Below, piece by piece: positions 12,583 through 24,772 of a stretch of DNA of 64,000 bases; the first letter of the stretch is position 1; the number at the start of each line of letters is the position of its first letter. This DNA comes from Mobula hypostoma (lineage: Eukaryota). The stretch spans positions 76,820,001-76,884,000 of the forward strand of contig NC_086108.1 of assembly GCF_963921235.1 (NCBI RefSeq), written 5' to 3'. The translations under genes and the position numbers were made by a program. The notes under the pieces are model-generated. The model saw nothing but the letters and a program-made list of their open reading frames with translations. It was not told the origin of the DNA and did not search any database.

Positions 12583-13506
12583 TTTATATCACTATTAATA
12601 TTAAATTAGTAAGTAATATTATATATAAATTAAGCAAATTAGTAATATTGTGTCATAACAGCAATAATATTAATAATAATTTATTAAGGGAAATCCCTTA
12701 ATAGATTGTTTCTTGAGATGGTGAAACAATGTAGGTAACTTTTGACGCATTTATTACTAGAATGTTTCCCCTAAGGAAACGATGGGTTGTGAAGGTTAAA
12801 GAACAGTTGTGTAACAGATTGCCACTACAGCTTTCATGAACATAAAGCAGTGTTTGTTTGTTTAGAACTTCCAGCAGCCTGTACACCTGTAAGAGGCTCT
12901 GTCATTTACATTTTGCTTTGGATCACGTTCAAATTAGACCAGATTTTTCCATTTACATCAGATTTCCTATATTTGAAAGTGGATTTGGAGAAGCATATTC
13001 TCAGCGGGGAAATGGTGAAACTGAATCACCAAATTGTACATGCAAACTGGGACAGCTGTCTTAAAGGGACAAGCCATTGTTTTTGGCTAGTGGAAATCAC
13101 TTAGTTTAAAATTATTTTTTTGATCTTGTTCCTACATGATGACATATAGTCATGTTATACTTGTCACAGAAGTAATCCAAACCCTAATTTTTAATTGTTC
13201 CACAACACTTACTTTCCCATGTTTCTCATGTGGCCTGTGGAACAGTCAGACTGGAAGATTCCATGCAGGGTGTGAAGATGAGAGGCTGACAATAGACCTC
13301 TTTATGCAAGGATTTAGTACCTATCTCATTATTTGTTTCTTAAAACGGCAAGATAAAAGTAAAAATAAAAAATAACACTAATATAAGGAGTGAATTGAGA
13401 GAACACACTGTTCTTTCAGGGTTTAAGATGGACAAAATTGAAAACTTTGCAAATTAAAAATCAAATCTCTAATTAATTGAAATGGAAACTGGAGGTGTGG
13501 GCTGTT

Positions 13507-13507
<1 letters not shown>

Positions 13508-13537
<30 letters not shown>
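13508..13537. repeat. (GT)15 microsatellite
   Basis: Perfect GT run. Confidence 0.95.
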
Positions 13538-13542
<5 letters not shown>

Positions 13543-14139
13543 GAAATTTGCCAGGAATCTATTCCCCATTTAAAAATAATTCCCTTTTTAAATTAAACTT
13601 TGCATGGAAGTTCAGATATTCTCGGGGGGGGGGGTGGTGAATAGAGCAAATCACATTAAAATAAAACAGCAGTGCATTAATTTTGTTTAATTTCAGCACG
13701 ATTTTCAGCATTTCCTTATTGTCTGATATTCTGAGGACCTGAGGGGAAGGTCACACGTCACCAAGGTACTCCTGAGCAACCTCAAGGTTGTGGTTTTAGA
13801 TAAAAACCTTTATCAACAGTGCCTCAAGTGGAATCATCTGGGCCCTGCCTGTTCATTAGTGGTCACAGCTGTGCAGCCGTTCAATTACTTGAAAATAATA
13901 AGTACATTTAGTAGTGAATTAAATATTAATTAGTCTTCAGCGAGTTCCTTTTTAGCATTGGGAGTCAGAAATGGGATGTCTGGAGCATGGGTTCATGGTG
14001 CCAGAATGAGGAGAGACAGAGAAGTGTGCAAATATCTTTATTTGTTCTTACTCTTTCCCTGCTTCTCCTTTTATATTCTATCTCTCACACTCATCCCAAG
14101 GTGAAATGATGGCAGGCTCAAGAAGAGAGGACTGGCATG

Positions 14140-14460
14140 ATCTTGTGATTAAACAAAAGGATTCAGCCAACATGTGTAAAATTAAGTGATCAAGAGTTGA
14201 TTACAGAGTATATTGATTGTGTACTGATGGATTAAATAGAGTCGTGATCTGGGTGAGATTCGAGCAAGGGAGAATTTACTAGTTAGCCAGGAGCTGCCGG
14301 CTCAGCCGCAGCTCTTCATACATTTTTGGAATAAATCTGTGGAGAATGCACAGAATTATAATCGATTATACATTTCTCAAAGTCACTTAAGGGGCCAGAG
14401 CAACGAGCTAAGTGCGTGGGGCGACAATTCCTAGTCCATATGCATCGTCATGTGTGTGTG
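14140..14460. promoter_or_regulatory. Candidate conserved non-coding element
   Basis: Non-repetitive and CpG-retaining; TGATGGAT at 14225-14232 and several other TGATT/TAAT sites. Confidence 0.35.
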
Positions 14461-15710
14461 CTGGAGGGGTGGAAACAGCACTGACCCTGCGTGCTGCAAG
14501 CTGATGAATCCATTTTCTTGTAGGAAATAGTTTTGACAATCCAATATCTGTGTTTCGATATGTGCCCTCCAGGGAAAAGACACTGCCCCAGTCGCCCTTT
14601 CAAATTATAGGCATATCAGTATATCACTATCCTAACAGGCTGCCCTCCAAGTCAAGGACATAGGCGCTTAACAGTGGTGTGAATAATTTTTTTTATTATT
14701 TTTTTAAAGAGATTTTCTCTTAGCAAAACATCTCACAAGATTTTGAAATTGCCCTACGGGATCAAATTAGATCTTGTAAGACATTGCAGGAAAACTACTG
14801 CAAGATTTACAGTTTGCCTTATGGAACCCAACAGGATTTATCCTGCAGAATGAGAGTTTTGTACAGGATTTTGAATTGTGTTCAGTATTGCATTATTTGT
14901 AAGTGTTATCTGTTTTCCCAACATATCTTCATGATTTAAATAGGGCAAATTGTCATTTGAAATTTCAAGCTTTCAAGCAATAGTTTCTGTGAGAAAGATA
15001 CTGAATTTTTTCAAGAGCATGACAGGTATTTCAGAAATAATATTTTATTTTGTAACGGTGACAGTTTTCATTGCTTGGATGTAGAATTAGAGCAGCCCTT
15101 TCTTTCCACTGGCCTTGGGTGAGCGGGTGCATTTTAATGATACTCTAGGTTATGAACTGTTTGGAATGCAGGCTACCTTTGTGATCTTCCCCAACTCAAT
15201 GCCTGTTTAATTTAACTGTTATTTGTACCTGGCCTCAGCTGCTGTGACTTGTGAGGAAACCTCTTTCCCCAGAGAATGGGAAGAAGTCTGGTGTTACTAG
15301 TGGCTGCCCTTGCTAACATTCTTAAGGTAGACTGAGAACAGCTATGGCAGATGCTTGAGCGCAAGCGTCTGCTCCAGTATAAAACTAAAACCTGATTCAA
15401 CCCTGGTTATTCTGAACCCAGCTCAAGTGTACGGATTTGCAATATTTTTTATGCTACAATTGGAGTCTAGCACACATTAGTGTGATCTGTCAGGGCTGAG
15501 TCAAGACAATCTCTCCAGTGAAACCATACATTGAGAGGTAGAGACCTCTTATCATGCTACTGGCAGTTCCTAAGCTCTTTGTGGGTAGTCAGCCCTATCA
15601 TGTCCCACAATCCTGCTGAGCCTGACCTTTTACTTATGAGGAGCTGTACAGACCAGTTCAACTTGAGTCCTATTGTTTTGGTACTTAACCGAGCATGAAG
15701 CTGACACAGA

Positions 15711-16232
15711 CACTCAATGCATACATCTGTACACCTCGTTAATAAAAATATCTAACCAGGCAATCATGCGGCAGCAACTCAATGCTTAAAAGCATATAGA
15801 GATGGTCAGGACTTTCAGTTGTTGTTCAGACCAAATTTCAGAATGAGGAAGAAATGTGATCTAAGTGACTTTGATCGTGGAATGGGGAGGTTGAGTATCT
15901 CAGAAACTGCTGATTCCCTGGGATTTTCACTCACAACAGTCTCTAGGATTTACGGAGAATGGTACCAAAAAAGAAAAACATCCAGTGAGTGGCAGTTCTG
16001 TGGGCAAAAACACCTTGTTAATGAGAGCAGTCAGAGGAGAATGGTCAGACTGGTTCAAACTGACAGGAAGGTGACAATAACTCAAATAACCATGCATTGC
16101 CACAGTGGCGTGCAGAAGAGCATTTCTGAAAGCACAGCACATCAAACCTTGTGGTGAATAGGCTATGGCAGCAGAAACCCATGAAGATACCCTCAATGGC
16201 CAGTTTATTGGGTACAGGAAATACACTGAGGG
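15711..16232 (+). mobile_element. Non-autonomous Tc1/mariner derivative (transposase N-terminal HTH only)
   Basis: ORF 15819-16157 KKCDLSDFDRGM...LSISETADSLGFSLTTVSRIYGEW is a Tc1-type HTH. TIR-like CACTCA(A/G)TG(G)C at 15711 and ~16190; CACTGAG-GG-TA at the right end. Confidence 0.8.
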
Positions 16233-17479
16233 TATATTCAGGTGCAACCAGGTCCCACTGCAGATTTCCATCCTCTTGGATAACATTGTTTGGCCTGGGT
16301 GGATAAAGCCTTCAACAGAATGAAAAATTAATTTCTAAATCATTTGGAATCACTCAAAAATAACTACAAAGCAGATGGCTTATTTAATCATACAATGATA
16401 ATAATACCATGGTGTGGCTCACCTGTAGGGTGGAAAACGGGGACTTAGGATACTCATAACATTGACAGCATCTCTTAGAAGTAAGGTAATGGTCCGATAT
16501 GTAAAAGGAACCAACTGACATAATTTAGTTGCAAGTTCATTGGTAAGTATTATGAACCTTTATTATAAAAAAATAGAATGAGTGGAGAAATAATATTTCC
16601 ATTCAAAGAAATCCCTGGGATGAATCAGTCAATGGCTAATATTTTGAGCCTTGGACACTCTTAATGTGGAATGTGTGCTGTACAGAAGAGTTTTAACTAT
16701 ATATAGATAACGTTTACCTTTGACATTATGCAGTATCAAAATCACAAGTAATGAAATCAAATTATTGCTTTAGGACATCAAGACTATTATTATCTACTTA
16801 TCAGAACAGTTACTGGATACATTCACAGGAAAGGAAGGTGGGGTATTCTCTGATGAAAGTACACTTAATGATAGGATCCTGAGACAGGAAGGGAAAATTT
16901 TAAAGGGATAAAATGAATTGTAAAACAATGAGAAATTTCCTTTGAAAGAAGTATAGATTCACACTGTGATTATTATAACTTTGCATTATTATGTCATTCA
17001 ACTGATCTTCATTTTAGTTCACTATTTAAAAGAAAAATCATCATTATTAATTATTTTTTCTCTATTGTTGTTGGTCTACATTTAATTTTCTTCTGCAAAA
17101 ATACAATCTCCCATTGACTGTAAAGTTTGTGCTGTTTATCCAGATAGAGGCCAATACAGCTTTTGTCTGATGCCTTTGCTTTATAACTGAAGTTAAACTG
17201 GGATCCCAAATTCATATCAAACATTAACCATATTTCCAGTTTAATTTTATTTGGAAAGTTCAGATATGTGTGTTCATTGAAAATGTACACATTCGAAGAC
17301 AGAGGGGTGAACAAGAGAGAAGTCAGAATCGCGGTAACACTACATATTTCTAATCGAGAGCCAAAGTTTCTGTGTATGAAAGATTCATGTCAGTGTCAGA
17401 CTTTAGCCAGATGCACATGCGATTCCGCGTTTCCCTTCATAAATTATAGTGCTGCCATTCTATACTTCAGTAAAGACAA

Positions 17480-18110
17480 AAAATTGCACTCCATCACCGT
17501 CTTGCCTGGCTTTTAGCGGTATTGATCACGCTGGTACCTAGTTTACTGAGGCAGTTAAGTGTGGCATCTTATTTTGCGCTGGGATAAATGAAAAGAATAT
17601 TAGTACGCTGACTTTTCATCCAGTTTTATTGAATCTTTTGAGCAGCTGCCCTTTCGTGTAATGACATCGCTGACAGGGTCCTCATTAAGGCCCAGACAGT
17701 AATTGTGATGCATCTACTGTCCGACATTTTCATTGAGTTTTAGATCTATGGAGCGGTAGGATGTATGGATTCGCTCAGTTTCTCAAATTAATACACAACT
17801 CGATCCATCAGAGCCCCTTCCATGCTCTTTCATCTTCCCTGTCCCCAGAGGTCCATACGCGGTAATGTGGAGCATCATTCTCCCAGACAACTACACAATG
17901 TCTCTTTTCTCCTGCTCCTTATTTATTCAATGTTTCTGAGCAAACACGCCAGATAAAGTTGTCAGGCTTTATTAAAGAGGCCCCTGATGAAGTATTTATG
18001 AAAATCTTAATCAGCTAGCGCCAGTCCAAGGGGAAAAAAGGCAATGGGAGTGAGCTTTGAAAAGAGGAACTAAAAGGCAACATAACATTAATATACGATT
18101 GCATTGATTT
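17480..18110. promoter_or_regulatory. Candidate conserved non-coding element / enhancer
   Basis: Non-repetitive and CpG-retaining; TGACAG at 17671-17676, TGATGGAT (minus) at 17803-17810, multiple TAAT/ATTA cores. Confidence 0.45.
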
Positions 18111-20543
18111 CTAAGATTAAAAAAAAATCTGTTCATCCGCTGGTTAGAATTTCAGTGCTTTAAAAAAAACATTCAACTTGTTTTTTTCCTGTAATGTGAA
18201 CCTGTACCTGGGTTAACATGTTCAAATTTTAATATCTAAAACTACGAAAAATCTTAAGAATTATAAGGATTTTAATACCTCTAAATTAATTAATTGCAAA
18301 TCATTAAATCGAAAGCTTCATTTTTGTCAGTCACAATCTTAGACAATGATTTCTGTCTACACTAATCTTTAAAGATGAAATTTAACCATCAAAGTGCCTA
18401 TGCTAAATCTAATATGTAATAATTATCATTGGTAACATGATTCTGCTTTTAACAGTTGCTTTACTTTGGATAATAGAATATTTATAATTTGATTGATAAC
18501 AGCGATATTGACAAGATCAGGGATAATGTTTGGAAGGAGTTACTTAGCTTGACATTAGTGCGGATAAAAAGTGAACAAGCATATACACCACTGACACGAA
18601 ATTGCTCCTGGCTTTGTGGCCACCTCTTCTGAGGTAGATTCAGCTACTTTATCTCTCAAAGTGACCACTAACTCTTGTAAGAAAATTCCATCATGTAATG
18701 CCTCGATGTAGCAGTTCCACTCATGGGTGATCTTTGTGTATCTGGTACTCTGGAAAAAATAAACTGGTCAAGGTTTTTGCAAATATGCTTACGCGTGGCG
18801 ACCAGTGGAAATCTGATGATTCTTTCAGTTACAAGGATATAAATTAAATCTTGCATTGTCTCTAGGATCTCTGTGGATTTTTTGGTACCAATGGGATAAA
18901 TATAAGTTTTTTCCAAAAACAGGGTGAACCTTGACTTTATTGTAGACGTTTTTGGGGTCAGAAGGATCAAATACGCTTGTTCTATAATCCGGAGTCAGTG
19001 TCCTCACTCTTCCATCTCCAGTCTCATCTCCTGCCACTTAAATTTAACTGTTCAGCTACCAGCTCAGTTTAGTGAGAGGTTCATTAGGTTCTTAGAACCA
19101 TCAATCAGCAAGTTGTCTGCAGGGTCACAAAACAAATTTAGTTGTGACCGAACTTCGAAAATAGTTCAAGCCTGTCACTGGTGTCTTTAGGTAGGTGATG
19201 TAATCATACAACTCACTGTATGCCCAATGAAATAGAAAATACTTAGAAAACGGTCTGGTTGTGTTTAATAATCAACAGCATCATGACGTGTTCTTGATAA
19301 GGATGATGATGCTTTCTGCAGGACACTATTGTAGAAAGGTTAGAAACAACATTAACCTGTTAATTTCAAAAAAGAGAGAAATTTCTGACAAATGCATTAA
19401 GTGTGCGAGTGTCACTACATTCTAAAACAATTTCAAAATGCATGTCCTTTTAAGTATATTTTGAAATGGTTCCAGCTCTTATAACTTTCAGCTTTAATAA
19501 AATGCTAAGAGCTGAAAGTGTAAGTCTGTTGACACTTGAGATTTTACTGGCTTTAATTTAAAGAAGAATTATAGAGATGCTAGTGACAGAGCTGAAACTA
19601 GGATAGTTGTCCTGATTTAAAGGACAGCCCTCTCAAGTATGATTACGTTTTTGTAATTTAACATGAGTCTATATTTATTAAACTAATAATCAAAGGTTAA
19701 AATATGAGGCATATAAAATTGCTACCATGTGCTCATATTGATATGGTTTGATTCAGTGCTATATGTATGTACACATAGAGAAGTGTAGAGTGTGTACAGC
19801 CTGTTCAAAAGTGCATGCACACCCACACATCATGTATGTTTATATAGTTATATTATATACATATATCTGCACATACGTGTAGTAACTACTGATGCAGTTA
19901 CACAAATACAGTCAATGCTGTTTTTCAATCTCATGCACATACATAGGCACATCTCAAAGCATACAAATAAGATTATAATGTTACAAGCATTTTAAAACAG
20001 CTGAATCCACAACGTTCACAGTCTTCTCAATTCTTGATACATCTTTCACTATTTGCTCCTGCCGATTCACTGACCAGACCACATTTAAGGCTAACGTGAC
20101 TAAAGAAGATTTGCCAGCAAAGAAGAAAGGATGAAAATAACAATGTTATTGATACAAAATGTAAAGGGAGTCAAGCAATGAAGAAAAATTAGAGAATTTG
20201 ATGACCAGGAAAAGGATTGTTAAGGAAATTACCTCACTAAAATATGTATCATAAGTAAAATGCTTTTTAATTATTACTTCACATTATAACTCATAAAATA
20301 ACATGAGAAAGAATACAGTTAAAACACACCAGTGTAATGCCAGTGAAGAAGCTAAATATGAACTCTGGAATATATCAAAATACTGCACATTGTTTTTGTT
20401 TTGAATGCTATGAGGGACGATTTTAGAGGCCCAAATATTCTTTTTGTGATGCAGACCTTCCTTGCATTCTGGGATACATTTTTGACTTTTATCCCTAGAA
20501 TAGCCCTGTCTATCATACATTTGTTTTATCTCCCTTGTTCAAG

Positions 20544-20680
20544 GTTCAGTTCCGATAAAGGGTCATTAATTTGAAATAATTTATCAGAACTGAAGCTTTC
20601 TCTCTCCATGGATGCTACATGAGTATTTAGATTTTTTTGGTTTGGTTTTAAATTTCCACCATATGCAGTTTATTTTGAAT
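20544..20680 (+). mobile_element. Old Penelope-like terminal-repeat fragment with eroded hammerhead
   Basis: TTCCGATAAAGGGTCATTAATTTGAAA...TTTCTCTCTCCATGGATGCT...TTTCCACCATATGCAG resembles the terminal cassette of the better-preserved copies. Confidence 0.5.
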
Positions 20681-21835
20681 CTTAATTGTATTGCTGCTCA
20701 ATCTTGTCAAAACAGGGATCAGACAACAGAGTACTTCAGACCAAAACTTAAAATGCTGAATATCCAATGTAAAGTAAGAAGGCAGTAGTTAGCCTATGTA
20801 TGGAGAAAGGATGAGTGAATGTATGGAGTGCAAGATTGCTTTGGAACTATGAAGCAAAAGCTAAAGAAGCAAATTAATTGAACTGTAATTCTGAGAGAGC
20901 AATGGTAATCTCAGTATGAAAGAGGAAAGTCCCAAAAATGCTTAGTTGTGTCATGCAATAAAGTTTTGAGACAAATCTTCTGCCCAAAACCCATGCTTAT
21001 GCCTTAGCTCACCACCTTTTAAGTAAGATTCCTGAGATCCAACACTGGCATGGATGTAAAGTGGTAGTTGTTACTTCTAACCTGTTGCTTCTGCATTGCT
21101 CCAGTTGTCTCCTCATAGAGTCTAATATAGAAGAGCTAACTTCCACTCTTAGCTCTTCAGATCTAAGGTGTATTGTTTGACTTCTGAGCATGCCCAGGTT
21201 AAACCCAGTAGAAGAAAAAGACAATCATCCATTTAAATGCAAGAGAGGATTTTGCTGCCAGGTGAAAAGTGGAGAGATTTTGTTTGATTTAATTAAGCTT
21301 GAATGTTTTTGTTTGATTTTCAATGTATATGTGCTTTTATCTATTTGAATATATAAAAGAAAGAAAGATGCTTTTATTTTTGTAACATTGTTCTGTTCAG
21401 GTGATTTTAAATGTTTGTTGTTGCCAAAGGCATTCACAAAGGCTCCATGACTGTCACAAAATGAGGACTGGCGAGCAACAGGTGAGGCACTGCCAGTTGC
21501 CAAAGCCTTTCTGTAACTGCAGACAGGCAATTTTGCGGGGAAGACCCATGCCTCACTACACCACCCCAATGTGCTAGTCCCACTGAAAGCAAGTGCAGAA
21601 TAAGTTCATAAGAAATTCATTTATGTGGTTGTGGGTTTTGGCAACTTGTAATAGATAATGCCATAGAGATAAAGAGAAAAGTTTAGAAAAATGTTAACAA
21701 GAGATCAGCACTAGTGAAACTTGGGAGGAAATTAGATTCAGAGTGAATAAAATTCTGAGTGAGAGCAGAAAGCAGTGCCAATCTAATTGTCAGCATAGCG
21801 GAAGAATATGTTATAAAAGATCAGGTATACAAGAT

Positions 21836-22065
21836 TGTAATATATCGAATATTTCAGTAATATTTGAGTAATATTGTAAATATATTATCTGATTAAGCAT
21901 TCCTTGTTTACTTAATTCATTATAGGTCAAATGTAAGAAGTAACATGAGTAGCATATGTCATTACGCCACCACATCACACATGACACCTCGTTAAAAGAA
22001 AACTCAATTATCTCCAGCTCCTGTGTTTTCCTTTCAATTAGTTTCTGGAGTTATAAAACATAACA
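21836..22065 (+). repeat. 5' LTR of Gypsy element
   Basis: TG...CA termini; shares CATTACGCCA, GCTCCTGTGTTTT and AAAACATA(A/G)CA with 26008-26167. Confidence 0.8.
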
Positions 22066-22746
22066 GTAGTGATGAGGAAGTTTTAAAACAAACTTGAGAT
22101 GACTATCTACAGTACCCATTGAAGTGCAGCGAGAGGTACGAGTTCATAAAGAAGTGCAGCATGTCTTCCTTCAGAAGGGGGAAAGAGAGAGACCTTTGAA
22201 TTAAAAAAAGAGTGCAGCATGTGCTTCTTTGGTAGGGAAGAGAGACAGTTGGGTTTAAGAAGAGGCAGTAAACGGACAAAATTAAGAAGCAACAAGAATG
22301 ACCAAAGGTTCATAAACATTAAGTACTGGGTGATAATAATAATAAGTTTAAAGAAGCAGAAATGGCTGGCTACATCTGAAAGATAGATGTGTTCAATTGC
22401 ACAATAGATAACTGGATTATGTATACTGAATGAATTGAGCAGTATCTTAAAGCAAATGAAATAGACAATGAAAAGTGAGTGCCAATGTTACTGAGCGCAA
22501 TCGGCGAAAAAGCATACAGTTTATTTAGATGTTTAACTGCTTCAACCAAACCAGCCGAAATGAGTTTCACTGATATCATGAATGTAATGCAGGAATATTT
22601 AGATATTTAAAATGGCTCCTAACAGAAGTACAATTCACTTTTAAAAAAGCAGTTGAAATCATTGTATCAATGGAGACAATGTCCAGCGATACAATGGAGT
22701 TGCAGTCTGGAATGAAAGTGAGCCTGAACAAAATTGCAACATTTTT

Positions 22747-23312
22747 CACCAGAAGAAGCAGGATCTCCCAGTTGCCAACCATTTTAATTCCACTTCCCAT
22801 CCTCATTCCGATACTTCTATCCATGGCGTCCTCTACTGTTGTGATGAAGCCACACTCAGGTTGGAGGAACAACACCTTATATTCTGTCTGGGTAGCCTCC
22901 AACCTGATGGCATGAACATCGATTTATCGAACTTCTGATATTGCCCCCGCCTTTCACCATTCCCCGTCCCCTTTTTCCTCTCTCGGCTTGTCCCTTTGCC
23001 TGACAATTGCCTCCCTCTGGTGCTTCTCCCCCTTTTTCTTTCTTCCATGGCATTCTGTCCTCTCTGACTATATTCCCCTTCTCCAGCCCCATATCTCTTT
23101 CACCAATCAACCTTCCAGCTCTTTACTTCACCCCTCCCTCTCCCAGTTTCACCTATTGCTGTGTTTCTCCCTTCCCTCCCTCCTCCTTTTAAATCTACTC
23201 CTCATTTTTTTCCTCCAGTCCTGCTGCAGGGGTTGAGTCTGAAATGGAGATTGTACTCTTTCCCATAGATGATGCCTGCCCTGCAGGGTTCCTCCAGAAT
23301 TTTGTGTGTGTT
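22747..23312 (+). mobile_element. Penelope-like element 3' fragment nested in Gypsy gag
   Basis: DLPVANHFNSTSH...LRLEEQHLIFCLGSLQPDGMNID (GIY-YIG C-terminal end), then a pyrimidine-rich tract and a decayed hammerhead cassette at ~23217-23252. Confidence 0.85.
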
Positions 23313-24049
23313 ATATCTAAACAAAAACCCGCCTGGATAAACAATTTGTGTTACTGTTGCGGTAGGGACTTACAAACATCAGACCAAATCATGTTTAAAG
23401 GTGAATCACAGAAAATGCAACAAGTAGGATACATACAAAGAGCATGTTGGTGAGGCAAAAATAAATGGACTGCATAGGGAAGAGAAAAAGATAAAAAATC
23501 AAGTTGCAGTTTCAAAAGGAGCGCTAATCTGCATGCTGTTGATGAAAAATCTGATAATGATGAGAGTGACACAGGACTGAGTAGCCTTGAGATTTATATT
23601 GTGAAAACTAACAAGAGACAAACAATATGGCTTATACCAGAAGTGGACAGCAAATTAATTAAAAGGAAATTGGGCACTTGCGTGACTGTTTCAGTGATTC
23701 CACAAAATGAGTTTTGACGGCATTTCAAAGATACTGAACTGAAGCCTGCAGATATCTAACTAAGAACATAAATAGGAGAAAAGATAACTCCTGTGGGAAT
23801 GACACTCATAACAGTGAAATCCAATGAGCCACAAGCCGCTTTAGGTTTATATGTGGCAAAAACAGGAGTGTCAGCATTGTGGGACTGCGATTGGCTGAGG
23901 CACTACTTGGTTGGAGATTCATCCACCAATTGCATGCCACATCTACCACAATAGGTTCAACTGAAAATGAATTCAGAAAGGTACTAGGTGATACCACAGC
24001 TGCATTCAAGGATGGTATTGCAAAACTCAAAAAACATAACAAAAGTAAA

Positions 24050-24085
24050 AGTCCTGACGAAGAGTCTCGGCCTGAAACGTCGACT
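24050..24085 (+). ncRNA. Minimal type I hammerhead ribozyme motif (Penelope-associated)
   Basis: AGTC-CTGACGA-AGAGTCTCGGCCT-GAAACGTC-GACT: stem I AGUC/GACU, core CUGANGA and GAAA, palindromic ACGU stem III, GUC cleavage triplet. Stem II is weakened by a mismatch. Confidence 0.7.
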
Positions 24086-24185
24086 GCACCTCTTCCTACA
24101 GATGCTGCTTGGCCTGCTGCATTCACCAGCAACTTTGATGTGTGTTGCTTGAATTTCCAGCATCTGCAGAATTCCTGTGTTTGCG
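24051..24185 (+). mobile_element. 135-bp Penelope-type terminal-repeat insertion with 14-bp TSD
   Basis: TAACAAAAGTAAAA is duplicated at 24037-24050 and 24186-24199; the insert is homologous to Penelope-like termini elsewhere in the window. Confidence 0.88.
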
Positions 24186-24400
24186 TAACAAAAGTAAAAT
24201 AGTATTAAATGAAAATGCCACAAAGCCCATCTGGTTCCTTATACCATCTGTGATAAAGTAGTCAGTGACCTAGATCACACGGAGGCTGAAGGAATTCTTA
24301 CCAAGGCCAAAGGATGTGTTACAATTGCTGTCCTTTTTAGGATTTGTCAATTACCTTAATAGGTTCTTGCCAAACGTGGCTACTGTGCTCCACCCCATGA

Positions 24401-24772
24401 ACTCTCTGACAGCGGTGTCTGAAAAGAGGATGCTGTCCAAGTTGCATGCCATCTTGGACAATGTCTCCCATCCACTACATAATGTACTGGTTGGGCACAG
24501 GAGTACATTCAGCCAGAGACTCATTCCACCGAGATGCAACACAAAGCGTCATAGGAATTCATTCCTGCCTGTGGCCATCAAACTTTACAACTCCTCCCTT
24601 AGAGTGTCAGACATCCTGAGCCAATAGGCTGGTCCTGGACTTATTTCCTGGCATAACTTACATATTACAATTTAACTATTTATGGTTTTATTACTATTTA
24701 ATTATTAATGGTGCAACTGTAACGAAAACCAATTTCCCCCAGGATCAATAAAGTATGACTATGACTATGACT
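24401..24772 (+). mobile_element. Rex1/Babar LINE 3' fragment nested in Gypsy pol
   Basis: Near-identical to the 3' end of the 8361-9749 copy, with a (TATGAC)3 tail. AACTC is repeated at 24400-24404 and 24773-24777. Confidence 0.92.

Noticed and set aside
12580..12700. Extremely AT-rich stretch
   Set aside because: Low-complexity sequence beside a CR1 tail with no discernible structure.
24316..24627. 103-aa ORF as a novel fusion protein
   Set aside because: Chance in-frame join of Gypsy pol and an inserted Rex1 3' fragment inside a dead element.
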